Shown here in pieces: positions 38,487-53,078 of a stretch of 64,000 nt of DNA. The notes under the pieces were generated by a model, which was not told where the DNA came from, did not search any database, and saw nothing but the letters and a program-made list of their open reading frames with translations. A program made the position numbers and the translations under genes. Positions within the stretch are counted from its first letter, which is position 1, and each line of letters starts with the position of its first letter. Origin of the DNA: Balanoglossus misakiensis. Taxonomy: Eukaryota; Animalia; Hemichordata. The stretch lies in assembly GCA_040954595.2 (NCBI GenBank), contig CM082588.2, positions 12,289,398-12,353,397 of the forward strand, read 5' to 3'.

Positions 38487-38578
38487 CTGAGAGCATGACT
38501 GCACCCAGCAGATCACCCATTTACAAAGCTTTGTGTCATAACATGTGAGTATGATATTTTTATTTTTATAAGTATCAC

Positions 38579-38610
<32 letters not shown>

Positions 38611-38961
38611 CCATCATCATCATCAGTATCACCATCTAAACCATCATTATCACCATCTAAACCATTATTATCACCATCACCATCAGTATCACCACCATCA
38701 CCATCAGTATCACCATCATCACCATCAGTATCACCATCACTACCATTATTATCACCATCATTATCACCATCACCACCATTATTATCACCATCACCACCAC
38801 TATTATCACCATCATCATCACCATCACCACCATTATTATCACCATCATCACCATCACCACCATTATTATCTGAGAGCATGACTGCACCCAGCAGATCACC
38901 CATTTACAAAGCTTTGTGTCATAACATGAGAGTATGATATTTTTATTTTTATAAGTATCAC

Positions 38962-38996
<35 letters not shown>

Positions 38997-39351
38997 CCAT
39001 CATCATCATCAGTATCACCATCTAAACCATCATTATCACCATCTAAACCATTATTATCACCATCACCATCAGTATCACCACCATCACCATCAGTATCACC
39101 ATCATCACCATCAGTATCACCATCACTACCATTATTATCACCATCATCACCATCATTATCACCATCACCACCATTATTATCACCATCACCACCACTATTA
39201 TCACCATCATCATCACCATCACCACCATTATTATCACCATCATCACCATCACCACCATTATTATCTGAGAGCATGACTGCACCCAGCAGATCACCCATTT
39301 ACAAAGCTTTGTGTCATAACATGTGAGTATGATATTTTTATTTTTATAAGT

Positions 39352-39382
<31 letters not shown>

Positions 39383-39722
39383 CCATCATCATCATCAGTA
39401 TCACCATCTAAACCATCATTATCACCATCTAAACCATTATTATCACCATCACCATCAGTATCACCATCATCACCATCAGTATCACCATCACTACCATTAT
39501 TATCACCATCATCACCATCATTATCACTATCACCACCATTATTATCACCATCACCACCACTATTATCACCATCATCATCACCATCATCACCATTATTATC
39601 ACCATCATCACCATCACCACCATTATTATCTGAGAGCATGACTGCACCCAGCAGATCACCCATTTACAAAGCTTTGTGTCATTACATGTGAGTATGATAA
39701 TTTTATTTTTATAAGTATCACC

Positions 39723-39754
<32 letters not shown>

Positions 39755-40260
39755 CATCATCATCACCATCATCATCAGTATCACCATCTAAACCATTATT
39801 ATCACCATCACCCTCAGTATCACCACCATCACCATCAGTATCACCATCATTACCATCATTATCACCATCACCACCATTATTATCACCACCATCACCATCA
39901 GTATCACCATCATCACCATCATTATCACCATCACCACCATTATTATCATCATCATCACCATCATTATCACCATCACCACCATTATTATCACTATCATCAC
40001 CATCATTATCACCATCACCACCACTATTATCACCATCAGTATCACCATCACCACCATTATTATCACCATCATCACCATCATCATCACCATCACCACCATT
40101 ATTATCATCATCATCACCATCACCACCACTATTATCACCATCAGTATCACCATCACCACCATTATTATCACCATCATCATCACCATCACCACCATTATCT
40201 TAATCAGTATCACCAGTACCACCAGATTCACCATCATTGTCATCACTATTATCACCACCA
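38487..40260. repeat. Composite repeat: four 365-395-bp units, each a unique ~85-bp head plus a cryptic (ATC/ACC/ATT)n tract
   Basis: ctgagagcatgactgcacccagcagatcacccatttacaaagc at ~38487, 38870, 39265, 39630. Confidence 0.9.
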
Positions 40261-41132
40261 GTATTATCATATTCAACACCGCTATGTTACGGTTAAAACT
40301 GCTGTACCAGTTAGTACAGATCTCCATTTACCATGGTAACTGTACTTAAATTTGCATGCATGCATTTTGTCTGAAACACAGACGAACCCGTTACATGATA
40401 TATTTTACATGTCAAGCAAAATGGCTGCTACATTTGTACATTAAAATGATACGAGGCAATAGGGGTTCATATGAAGTGCTTTCCTAGAAAAAAGACAACT
40501 TTATTTAATTCATTTAATAACAGGCATATCAATGATACTTATCTATACCAGTCATAAATTTTCACCAACAGCTCTATGTACTAGGATCATTTTACCCTGG
40601 TTTGTACAAACACATTTGCTTTGCAAAACTCTGTACACAGAATCACAAAGTATGTAATGCCAACTTGAACTATGCATAAACATTAGGCTACCAATTCTGA
40701 CGAATATTTAAGATGAATGTGACTGATTGTCTGGATGAAAATACATCTCTGTGTAACATATATTTATGGTTAAATTAAACCTTTAGTAACATTATTATTT
40801 CTGTTATTTTATACCACTACAACCACAATGCCAAAGCTAACGCTAGTAACAGATACAACATTACAGCCATTATTCTGGAGTAAATTAAGACCACTAAGAA
40901 ACAAATATTAACCACCTATACCACTCAAGACATATTCATTCTCCAACCTATTGCGTCTCAAAGTATCCTGAAGATTCACCAAAACCAGACAATACCACAT
41001 TGACATATGCTCTGCAGAAACTACTATTATTGGTGTCTTTCTTACACAGATATAAAGAACTAATCATCATCATCATTGTTACTGTTTTTGTAACATCTTC
41101 ATCATTATCATTGTCATCATCATCCTCATTAT

Positions 41133-41167
<35 letters not shown>

Positions 41168-42205
41168 CAATCATCATCATCATTGTAGTCATTGTAGTCA
41201 TTATTTTTAGTTATTTTATTATCATCCTCCTATTATTCATCCTATTATTCCTAATCATTTTTTTTTCTCATATTACATTTGTCTTTCAATTGTCATTGAT
41301 TTTAAGAATATTACTGCTCCAATTTCAACGTGACTGGTGTGATCATCTTCTTTGCCGTAATTTGCATTTGAACATCATGAAGTTAATCCAAACTGAATAG
41401 CAGATGCCTACCATGTCGTTTTTAATCCTCCCTACCTTAAATAGGTTTTAAGCTACCTAAGTGAGTGATGAAAATCTCATAATATGATCGACACAATTTC
41501 AAGATGGCCGATTTTTGCCATGTTTAAGAAATGGGAGTTCATGAGCTAAAGTGATATTGAGTCTTTCTGAATCTTTGTAACAGAAAAAATAACAAAATGT
41601 GAAAAAAGTTTAATGAGTTTGATATGTTAAGTACAAAGACAGACATGTTTGACCAAAGGAAGTCATAACATACAGTAAACATATCATTTATTCTATCTCT
41701 TACTACAGTGAGTTGTCGACTTTTTACCCAGAATGCAATTATTATAATGTGATTTGACCCCCTAGCACAAAGTGAACACCTATTAAAGGCAGCCAGAATT
41801 CTGCACCATCTGCCAATTATGCAATATTTAAGCTGTCAAGTAAAACAATAAAGTACATCGTATACAAAATTTTACTTCCCTGCTCAAAGATCGGCTGCAA
41901 TAATGTACATCTATTTCTGTAATCTTCAACTTTTTCCCACAAGTCCTGTCATCTAGATCACATGGAAAGTTCCTCCTGCAATTTAAGAAAGTTGAAAACA
42001 ATTTTGAGCACAAAATCAAAACTTTCAAAAAATATAGAAATCATGGGTAAGAGGAACTCATATGTTTTCATCTTCAAATTTGTATACAGTTGTTTATAAA
42101 AGTGTTGCCAGTTCTCATCCACATATAAAAATGAGATAACTACAGAGCCTTATATTATAATCCTAAATTTTAAAATTTAGGAGAACATTTACTATAGTTC
42201 TAAGC

Positions 42206-42571
42206 AGGAAAGTTAAAGGACAAAGTCTCTCTTTGCTACCCTTTTCCCAATAATTATGTTTGATACAAGACACCGTTTATGTTAATGTATATGTGGATAT
42301 ATAGTGAACCAACGTTCAACCACACACAACTTCCATCCCGCTTGTAGACATGAGAGTGAAAAACTCGCCAAAATGAATAATCAGTGTCTACCATTTATTC
42401 ATTTTCGGTGAGCTTTCACTCTCATATCATACAAGTGGTATGGAATTTGTGTGTTGTTGAACGTACATTCACTACATATACAAATGTTCATTAACATAAA
42501 CAGTGTGTTGTATCAAACCTAATTAATGGGAAAAGGGCAGGGAGAGAGAGACTTTGTCCGTTTAACTTCCT
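42206..42571. mobile_element. Fully palindromic (foldback) MITE, diverged arms
   Basis: aggaaagttaaaggacaaagtctctct...tttatgttaatg mirrored by cattaacataaa...agagagactttgtccgtttaacttcct. Confidence 0.75.
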
Positions 42572-43899
42572 AGGCTGTGAATACTGAAATACTTGAATAG
42601 ACGCAGACATGGTCAATTGTCAATAGTCTCCTCAGTAAAAGTCCAGAAAATGTTACCACAGGCAGTTCAACATTAAGATGATACAGTTGGTGTTTGAATC
42701 AAGGGTGCTATTCTTTTGAACTTTATGCAAATGTGCAATTCAGATCATTGACTCAGAACAGCAGCTCACATTGTAAAATATTGGAAAATGCTTCACAAAT
42801 CATCATTGATAATCATGATCACACCGAAAAAAGATTAGATAGCACAATTTTATTCCTACACTTTACATGGGGTGTAGTAAGTTGCAGTGCAGTGTACAGA
42901 CTAAAACTGCAATGGAATTCTCTGCAATTCTTACTCTCAATCTTGCCTTACTTGATGAATATTTTGTATACTAGTATGATTGTCATAATGGCAACAGAAA
43001 AAATGTCCCTCTCATTATCAAAAGGCCCTTAAAGTGGAGACCACCGGCAAAAATGACCTCAAATCTCTGATCCTAGATTCACCACTGCACAAACACACAT
43101 TGTGTCCGCTGTGGAAAAATCATATTGACAGGCTAAAAATATTGTGTATGGAGACATTTACATAACCAAAACAAAAAAGTCCCACTATTTATACAAAGTA
43201 TGTTTATCAGTGACCAGATGTGTTTGCCAACCTTTATATGCCAAGATTCAGAAGCGCAGCTGCAGCTGTTTCTGAGATCTAGGTGAACAAAAAATTATAA
43301 TGACTCAAGAAAAAAGAAGAAAAAACTCCAGTAATTACAGTAGGGACCCAAGCGCCCCTTAAGACCCAAAACACCAAAAATTGCCCTAAGAACACAAATT
43401 TCACCAACACTTTTCATTACCTACTTGAGTTCCCACATGATAATTCCCACAAAATGTCACAGCAATATTGCTTCAAAAGTGGTAAAAACACAAGAATGCA
43501 AGTATCACCAGAATTGTACAATGTCTTACTTCAATCACCATAAGGAATGTGCCTACAAAATTCAAAGCAATCTGACAAACGGTTTCATAGAAAACAATTT
43601 TTTGTGCAAAATCCCCCCAAATTGCCCCAAGAACACGAATATGGAAATTTCACCAACAAGGTATGTACGACAGCTTACTTGGGTTATCCCTAGGAACATG
43701 CCTACCAAAATCCTAATGATTCTGGACAAGAGGTTTCAGAGAAATGATTTTTTAACAAAAATCATAAAAATTACCCAAAAATTACAAATATGCAAATTAT
43801 GCAACAAACTGGAAAAAATGACTTAGATTACCTATTGGAAGCTTCATAATAAATTTTAAAGCAATCAACCCATGATTGTTTACAGTCTATAATATAAAA

Positions 43900-44172
43900 A
43901 AAAGACTAAAATCTTCATAAAAATAGAAAATTCATGATATTAACTAAAATTTTGAGGACTGTGTGAGGTTCAGTGGTTGACATAAGGTACATCCATACCA
44001 ATTTTCAAAGCAATTTGCCCAATAGTTGTTGAGTTTCAGAGTTTTGACCAATTTCACATTTTCAAGCTAATTTGCATATTTTTGAGAATGACAACTTCGT
44101 TTATATCAAGGTGATATGCCAAGTGGTTTCCAAGTTTTTATTTGGATTGACATACATACCATGGGACCTAAA
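43900..44172 (-). mobile_element. 5' part of a third HINE/DINE-1-like copy
   Basis: Reverse complement begins ttaggtcccatggtatgtatg and matches ~6430-6640. Confidence 0.6.
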
Positions 44173-47100
44173 CACAACGTTTCAGTCAACTTTATGAGCG
44201 TTGCTAGTCTAGTGAAATTCAAGTTGTAATTGCTCGGATAGAAATTTGTCTAGTCATGCTTTATATGGATAGTTTTGGTTTGCTATGGAACTACTGACTA
44301 TTTGGCTTGTTGTATGAATACGACTATGAGTAAACATTCATACAAACTCGTTATTATGATATAAAAAGCCTAAAAATGCATCTGAAACCCAATTTTTCGC
44401 TTACTATGAATATGTGTAATAAAATTGAATCCTTCGTCAATGCTGGCCGGGGTCACAAATTATGTCACGGCATGTTTTTTCGTAAACACGATATTAAATT
44501 TAATTAAATAGGACCTAATGTACTCACTGAAACGTTCAAGTCGACCAACGATATTCCATGCACACTGTGTAACATCTTCAGAGGGACTCCAGCATAAAAT
44601 TTGGATTCAAACGCGCACACAAATCATAATATACTATTCTTCGTGTTCAGTGACGGCATCCATCCCGAATATTCTCGTCAGAGAGATAAAGTGCGCCATG
44701 ACACCTTTGTGACGCAATCGTGTAAAATTCCATTACGTTGGACAACTTCCACTGCCTGCGCTAGAAATACACAAGAAACTTGAACTGTTCATGATAAAAC
44801 TTGCACCTGGACCTCTGGCGAATACTTGGAACCAGTATTTCAGGAATAATATTCCATTTTGAGGGCTTCGCGATCCATTCAATCCGAGCGATGGAAGTCA
44901 GAGATTCAAATCGCTACGCCATGACACCACGACTATACAGCGCCCCCAAGGCCATGTTTTGTTTTTGTCAGCTGGCTCCAAGTACGAGTGTTCATTGCAA
45001 GCCGTGTAATATATAAGGCCAGATGGCCCAGACTGCTATGAAAGTTTCCCCGGGCAGTGTATCTAATACAGCGGATGTTATATAGCGATTCCCTTTCGCT
45101 ACAGTCACGGTGACCAGCAAAGCCATCCTTTCCTTTTAGCATATAGCGCAGTCAGCGTGGGAATGGGCGGGGGAACAGACCAGTACTGGAAAGTAAAACT
45201 GTAAAAGTAAAACGTCTTTTCATATTTTAATAGACGAACTCTGCAAAAGTTTTATTCCCAAACATGAATTTTGAGATATTTAAAACTTGTATTTAATAGC
45301 AATTTAGGCCTACACTGGCCTACATAATCAACATTTTTTCACACCGAGTAGGCTCGGATGCGTAACATTATGTACCGATCATGCCGATTTTGGAGAGAAA
45401 ATTGTCCCCAAATGGCAAATATTTCCCTCAGCCCATAATTGGTGGGATAAATTCGTAGAGTCTGGTCGGAATGTCGGTTGATGAAGAGACGGGAACACGA
45501 GTAGAGTAGATTTAAACGCCAATGATAGGCCCATGACTTTATTTCAAAAAGGATCAACCGTGGATATACTGGACAAGGCCTGTAGTCCAGGCTGGACCCC
45601 ACTCTGGAACGAACTCCTTTAGTGTAGAACAGGGTGTAGAATGAACTGAAATGTGTTGGAACCCCCTGACTTTAGGAGCTGAAATCCACTCCTTTGTATA
45701 TGCTGTAAAAGACAATAAATTTTCGCGAAATACGCGCAAGCCAAAATAGCGTGAAAATAAAAAGTCGCGTAATTTTTTTTAAGATGACGACGCAGTGAAT
45801 GAAATAAGAGAACGCGAATATTAAAACTCGGGAATTAAAACAGTGGCCTCTCTCGATATCGCGAAAATTTCAACTCGCGAAAATAAAGTGTTTAGGCCTA
45901 ACAGTAGTCATGGTAGCCTGAGGTTCTCCCATCCCATTTCCCGTTAGATTCTGCATTAATTCGGCATATCAACTCAACTCTAATGTACCAATTTACACAA
46001 AGCGTTACATAACAGAGTCAGTTTGTTGATTTTTTTCTTTCTTTTCGTTAAAATTCAGCAATTGCAGGTTATTAGTTACAATTACTTCATGAAATCTAGA
46101 ATGGTGCGACCTTTATAATCGACCTATTTCGCTCTCATCTGTGTTTTCAAAGATCTTTGAAATTGTCTCTTGTTTACTCAAGTTTCTTGTATACCCCAGA
46201 TAACAAGTTTGGTTACCCAGACCCCTCTGCTTCTTCCGCTGCGCTCCCGAAAAGAGTGCAGCGGAAGAAGCAGACTCACCTGCTTTTTCCGTTGGACACT
46301 CCAGAAAGAAGGATGGTCCCGCAGAATATACCCCACGAGGACGCTGTTGCTGACCTTCGACCCGTAGACTTTGACCCCGTAAAGCGTTGTAAACACATTT
46401 GAGATGCAGGCTAGCGAATCTGCCAGTTCGTTTTAATGGCACATTTTTTCTGTCGTCAACTCCAATGTCGCCTTTTCTATGGACGTTACTTGGCCAGTGT
46501 TCGTTACACATCCAGGACAGTGTCAATATTTCTGTGAAAGAATAGCGGAAAACATGCGAAGCCAAGGAGCGAGCAACCAGCTGTTTCATGCCCCCAACAC
46601 TGTCCACCATCATTATTCCTATATACAGATTTGGCGCAGTGAGTATTGAAACATTACAGTATTTAGTGTGTTTTAAGATATCACAGATAGTTTTCACGAC
46701 TTAATGTGTGGGTAGAATCACATTCGTCGAAATAACGCTGCTGTAGTCCCCTGATTCAGTCCGTAAACAAGGTAAGCTTGAGACATGGACGATCGACAAT
46801 CAGTTTCCGCTGTTGATTTCGACCTATCGCAACTCAGTAACTGGGGCCGAGTGATGCTCCATACATTAAAGTTCATGACTATTGACACCAATTGCAAAAT
46901 ATCAATGTTAAGGCGTGCTTTCAGAGAATATTCAACCAGAAAACCGACAACAATTGATGACCTCATGTGACCTTTACTGGTTGAATCAGGCGACCACTGC
47001 AGTGTGATTCCAACGTTTGTGGGAAGACCACAGGGAGCTCTTCCTCCTTGTTTGTAGTGTGTGTGTGTGTCTTTGTTTAATATAATAATGTGTGACAAAA

Positions 47101-48883
47101 ATATTTATGTTTACAAATATGGTCATGATTGTTTGTTTGTTGAGCGGTTAAGGGGAGTAACCCTTTCTGTGGAATATACCCACAAAGGTGAACAAATTTG
47201 TAAACAAACATTTTTCACAGAGTTGTTTTATTATATCCGCATTGCATCCAGCATGATCGCAGAAAACATCACCAATAATCCAAAATTGGAGTTGATGGCT
47301 TTATTTGGGACTATCATTATTTGGTTATAGTCCACGGGCCAGAGACCGACAAACTCCCCCCCCCCCCCTGCACCCAAGGAGTTTTTTTGCAGACATAAAT
47401 TTTGGGAAAGCCTGTTTATCCAGCTGTCAGAATGAGGTTAAAAATAAAATATTTCAGGATCTGAGAAAGCTAGAGATAAAATTCAAACATTCAGTCTTAT
47501 AAAGTATGGTACAGGCTATCCAATGATTACATGACTGACAAGGTCAGAGGTCAAGTTCAAACTTTGGGTCAAAATGAAAATTTCTCTATTTGCATATTGA
47601 TCATACATAGTTTTGATTTACCTGAATACGGTTTGCTCGAAGAAGCTGTAAATTGGTCATCAGGGTCACCAAAATTGTAAGGGTTATCTCCTTGTTTTAC
47701 CACTCATACTGATGGCTAAAATCTTTCATTGAATGTTTAATGTAGTCTGCCTGCAGTTGACAAGAATCTAACTAGTCAAAAACAAAAGAGAACTTTCCTA
47801 AAATAAAATAATTATGAAGAAAGGTACAACGATAGAGAGTGTGACTTAAAATTGCTAATCTCATATACAGTCAATTCAAATTACAGGTTGTTATTTTCGT
47901 TCCTGACACACTTCCTAATAGACCCCTTAACTTCTCCCGATTAGAACATGGTTATCATAGTCAGTCAAGAGATAACAATATTCTTCATGGAATTTGAAAC
48001 ATCAGTTTCAAATTCTTTTCATGGGAGCGCTGTTTTTCTTTTTTACAAGATAGATAGGTGATGTGTTTGGTCTGTGAAAGACAATGGGGGGATTTCAAAT
48101 TTTTGGCAGTTCGGAAGGGGGGATTTGAAAATATTTCGGGTTGTGTACGGTGGGCATGTGAAATTTAGCGGTAAAAAAATTGAATTCTCTTGCCCCCCCC
48201 CCCCCCCCTCCAGAGGTGTTTGTGAATGCAGCCTACAGGAGGTGGAGACTTCGGGGTCAACCCCTCTACTGTCTATGCCCCACACCCTATCTTATCAGTT
48301 GTAAATCTAGAATGCAAGCTATCAAATTTCCAATAAATATGGTTATGTAGAGAGAGACTTTGTCCTTTTAATTCAAATTTATTTACACAAAACTTGAGTT
48401 TACAAGGAAATATTAAGGAATACTTTATTTTTGTTTTCCAGGGTCTGGCCCTACAGCTATTTCTTAGTTCGGGAAATAACAAATTAACACAATTTTCGTA
48501 TGTTCAGATGTCAAAATTTATTCAATCGAGGTGAACTGGCAACGCGGGGCAACAGCTAGCTCTGCGTACAGGTCTGTGTGTTCCTGGCGTTACACGGCCT
48601 CCACGCCAAGAACACTGTACGCAGAGCTGGGCTATACCATAGCAAGGCTGGCGATTACACCAACTGGTAGTGGTTTTGAGTGGTTTGACTAGAAAATTCT
48701 GTCTGTAGACCAAAACTCGTTCACCGATCGCCGTTTTGGAGCACACCGCATTTATATTAGACAGCAAATCGCCCCAAAACGTCTCACAACTTGTACAACA
48801 GCCCCTTTTTGAACTTTATGCAGCGAGAAAGACATGCTCAGCCGCCGCCATCTTGATTTACGCGGAAAGGATTGTAAGGGCAA

Positions 48884-49050
48884 TATTAATTCGACACAAC
48901 GTAAAATAATTCGACACAACACGTGAAATTAATTTGACCAAACAGGTGATATTAATTCGACACTACACGTGAAATTAATTCGACACAACACGTAAAATTA
49001 ATTCGACACTACACCTGTAATTAATTCGATTGTACACGTAAAAATAATTT
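48884..49050. repeat. Minisatellite of ~22-bp units (aattaattcgacacaacacgt)
   Basis: Direct reading; decays rightward. Confidence 0.75.
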
Positions 49051-49708
49051 GAGATATTGTTGGCAAAATTATTTCTAACAAAGATAAGCTAAAATATTTA
49101 TTTAGAACACATAAAATGATTTCTGCATGACTACAAAAAATAATTAAAGCACATAAAAAATAATTCTACATACTGGTAAAATTAATTCCAGGCTCTATAC
49201 AATTAATTCTAACATGTTTTAGTAATAAACTACAATTTTGACCAGAACGAGCCCAAATAGATACCGGTAGTACATGTTACTTTGGGTGTTTTTCTCAATG
49301 TTTATAATGTGTTTTCATTGCCTGTTCTACTTGTGTCTGAACATATTTCAAGCTTCATTAGCTGTACAACTTTGTTTTCAATATTTTTGTTTTAAGTATT
49401 TACTGCAGTGTCTTCTTCAGAAAATGGGACTTCAAGAGTTGCAAGTTCAACATCGAATTAAAAATTGGAAGTCATGAATTAAAAATGGTGGTTTGAATAC
49501 TGGCCTTGATAATGCTCCATATTAACTAGGTTTGTTACTCTTTTTGGACAGGCAATTTCACCACCAAAGATGACTTCCCAGCAGGCACCAGCTGCTGCAC
49601 TGAAAGCCGTAGAAGGTGTCATGCAAATGGCAAATTGCTGATGTGAATCCTATCAACTCCAAGCCCTAGAGATGGTCAGGTACTGATTCACAGCCACAAA
49701 GAGGTAGG

Positions 49709-49874
49709 TACAGTCAAACCTGTCTATACTGGCCAGTCAAGGGACTTTCCTAAACTGGCATTTATAGACAGGTGGCTTCTATAGACGGGTCAATTAATGT
49801 GCAATGTACATGTACATGAACTGAAACAAAGTGGCCACTATATAGTGGTGGAAACAAACACAGATTTGACTGTC
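49709..49874. mobile_element. Tc1/pogo-type MITE
   Basis: ta-cagtcaaacctgt ... acagatttgactg-t termini. Confidence 0.55.
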
Positions 49875-50497
49875 AAATATGTTATGTTGCCACTGCAGTC
49901 ATTTCGATTGGTTTGATTATACTTTGCCAAAACCTGAGGAAAAAATATTCAAATTCCCCTTTTCATATTCTCCTATCAATGGTATAATACGCCAATGTCT
50001 TGGTAAAATTTTGGTGACATTTTCTGCTAACTGCTAAAGGCAAATTAACATTTGTTTTTTTCAGTATTTTTCACTGATAGAATTAACCCTAGTTTCTTGT
50101 TCAGCTCTGGATAGCTTTATGAAATGTTCAGTCTTTAGCTTTTCAACAGAACTTGTACATGAGTAATGGGCAGTGTGAATATTAAATGAACTCAGAATTT
50201 ATTTTTCAACAATAACAATGTTTAACAATATGTAGAACACCATTGTTTGAAAACCAAACTCTGAGTACCTTGATCGTGCCATCTGTTCGACCGTGTCATT
50301 AGTTCGACCTTCCACTATTCTTTCGATAATTAATTATTTTATAACCTCAAAGTGTTGGACCAGTGCGTAATTGCCTACTGTGAATTTCCAGCCATTTGTT
50401 TCTGGTTGAATTATTGGCGTGATTACGGTAATTCTTAATGTTTTACAGAGTAGAATAAGACATCACGGCTGATATCCAAAGTTAATGTTGGAGTTAT

Positions 50498-51125
50498 TTA
50501 AGCAATAAAACACCCCCAGCCATGGTATATCACGAGATTTTGACCAGTTCACGACATATACGCACGAGCGATAGCGAGTGCGTATATGGAGTTGAACTGG
50601 TCAAAATCAAGTGGTATACCATGGCTGGAGGTGTTTTATTGCTATTATATTATGCCAGTATATTGAAACTTTCCATAAAACATTTTAAAAAGGCATTTTC
50701 TTTAACTATGATATATGACTGTGGTATATGGCTAATATATCACGGTCACGTGTCGTGTCTCGACCAATCAAATAGCGTGATTTACACCATCAATATACTG
50801 GTATAATATAATTAAGCAATAAAACACCCCCAGCCATGGTATACCACGAGATTTTGACCAGTTCACTTCATATACGCACGAGTGATAGCGAGTGCGTATA
50901 TGGAGTTGAACAGGTCAAAATCTCGTGGTATACCATGGCTGGGGGTGTTTTATTGCTATTATATCATGCCAGTATATTGAAACTTTGCATAAAACATTTT
51001 AAAAATGCATTTTCTTTGACTATGATAAATGACTGTGGTATATGACTAATATATCACAGTCACGTGTCGTGTCTCGACCAATAAAATAGCGTGATTTACA
51101 CCATCAATATACTGGTATACTATAA
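50498..51125 (+). mobile_element. Head-to-tail dimer of the double-inverted-repeat (Crypton-like candidate) element
   Basis: Two ~313-bp copies start ttaagcaataaaacacccccagccatgg at ~50498 and ~50812. Confidence 0.7.
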
Positions 51126-51202
51126 TAACGATTTAATACTACTGTGTTTACTTATGCAGTCATCGATGCAAACAGGAGTGCAGTCAACACAACCGACAGT
51201 AT

Positions 51203-51506
51203 ACACATGATGACTGACAATGAGGGCAACAGTGTATTTTGATGACCGAGGGTGCTGCTAGTCACAACTAAAACAGTCTTGTTTTCCCGAGGGCATAGCC
51301 CGAGGGAAAACAGACTGTTTTGGTGTGACTGGCAGTCCCGAGGTCATTAAAAATACACTGTTGCCCGAATATGTCAGCCATCATGTGTTTTATAACACAC
51401 CAAACCGATCGAACTGATGCCCCAGGCAACAGTTCGAAATGACTAAGGTCACGTGATGTCTTAATGACGAATCACGATCGAGGGTTCGCTGCATGGTGTG
51501 TTATAA
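51203..51506. mobile_element. Second family with the same long-palindrome + short-IR architecture
   Basis: acacatgatgactgaca...cccgagggcatagcccgaggg...tgtcagccatcatgtgt followed by tataacacacca ... tggtgtgttata. Confidence 0.6.
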
Positions 51507-52061
51507 TACCTAATGTGAGCTGCAGCAAGAATCCACCTGTCACCACTGGCACCAATGTTGTTCGAACTCTGACACAGCCACAAGTACATGTACAAAACCA
51601 GTCATTGGTATGTTATGTTATGAACTGAGTTATAATACCCATCTATCCCTTTTGCCTGGCAAGTGACATTTTATCACTTTTCAGTATTTTAATAGAACTG
51701 CATTTGGATAATTTGTTACCTAACATGACATCAGAAGATGGCAGCTTGATGTCTTAACTGAGGACATTGGATGACCAGTAGATAAAGATTTTCTTTGATA
51801 TCAATGACATCAGACGCAGTTCCGTTGGCATTCAAATTTCCAGCTAACGGGGAATTTCAGCAATGTGGTGCAAATGACGACTGTGCAGACGAATGCCAAG
51901 ATGCTGTTGAGGCACCATGACTGATACATGTTACCTGTCTGGTGGTTCTAAAGTATAAACACATATGGAAAAATAGTATACGGGATACCACAATATTGTT
52001 TTCCCATTACCTGGAAATGACAATGCTTTGGGTCACATGGCCAGATCATGTGATTGATATT

Positions 52062-52587
52062 TAAGGGTGACCCTTTTTTTTATTTGTTTCTCATCTCCAG
52101 AGGAATAGTCAGGCAGGACGGGCGGGCGAAATAAAAAAAAACGTGAACCAAAAAAAAAAACCTGTTTCAGTTCCATGTTTTATCCATTACAAACAAATGT
52201 GTAGGCCTATTTGTTTCTGTTCAATGTTCTGGCTGTTCAGTCATTGCAATTTCTTATCTTTCAGTCCAGTGTTTTGTGCTCTCTGTCCTTTTAGTCACTA
52301 TAATTTCTTGTCTTTCTCTTTAATGCTCTGTCCTTTCATTCTCTACAATTTCTTCCCTTTCCTCCGGCCTCGATGGCTTCAGCCATGGTCCGACACGACC
52401 GCCATGATGAATATGACGTCATATTTGCAAAATCTCACAATTAGCCGTTGGGGGCGCTGTTGCTAGGATGATCGCCTCAGGCTCAGAGTCGGCGCAAATA
52501 AAACAGTTTTTTTTATTTTCATGTCGGAGCTGAAATTTACGGTCGGTCGGGAGATGAGAATCACAGAAAATAAAAACGTCGCCCTAA
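52062..52587. mobile_element. Harbinger-like MITE (TAA-type target)
   Basis: taagggtgac...tctcatctcc mirrored by ggagatgaga...gtcgccctaa. Confidence 0.5.
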
Positions 52588-53078
52588 GCAATAACCCCCA
52601 CCGAAGGCGGGTATACGCGATATTTGGGTACAATTCGAGACATATAGCACAAGCCGTCAGGCGAGTGCTATATGGAGGGAATTGTACCCAAATCAAGTGT
52701 ATACCCGACTGAGGCGGGGGTTATTGCTATTATATTATATCAACAATTGTTTTTGTGGCATATCAGTGTCATTTTCTTACTGAAACGGCGTCAGAAAGAG
52801 AAATTACGATCGTGAACCAACATGGCGACGATGAATGTAAACACGAGCGGCCGGGATCGAGCATTAAACATGAAGCAGATGACAAAAAGTGACAAGACGG
52901 GCATCGCGCGTGACAAAGTGACAAATATTTTCACAGAGCAGTTCCAAAATGAAACATCTGTTCATTCAACAGTATTTTTGTTTTATTTATTTGATTTAAA
53001 CACGCGCGACTGTGGTTTAACCGCACATTTTTGCTGCCGTATGCTAGTTCAGCGGCCCGTTTTAGCAGTGCATTATTA

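Noticed and set aside
38391-40327. Long Met/Val/Ile-rich ORFs as membrane proteins
   Set aside because: Translations of trinucleotide repeats, which are stop-free in several frames.
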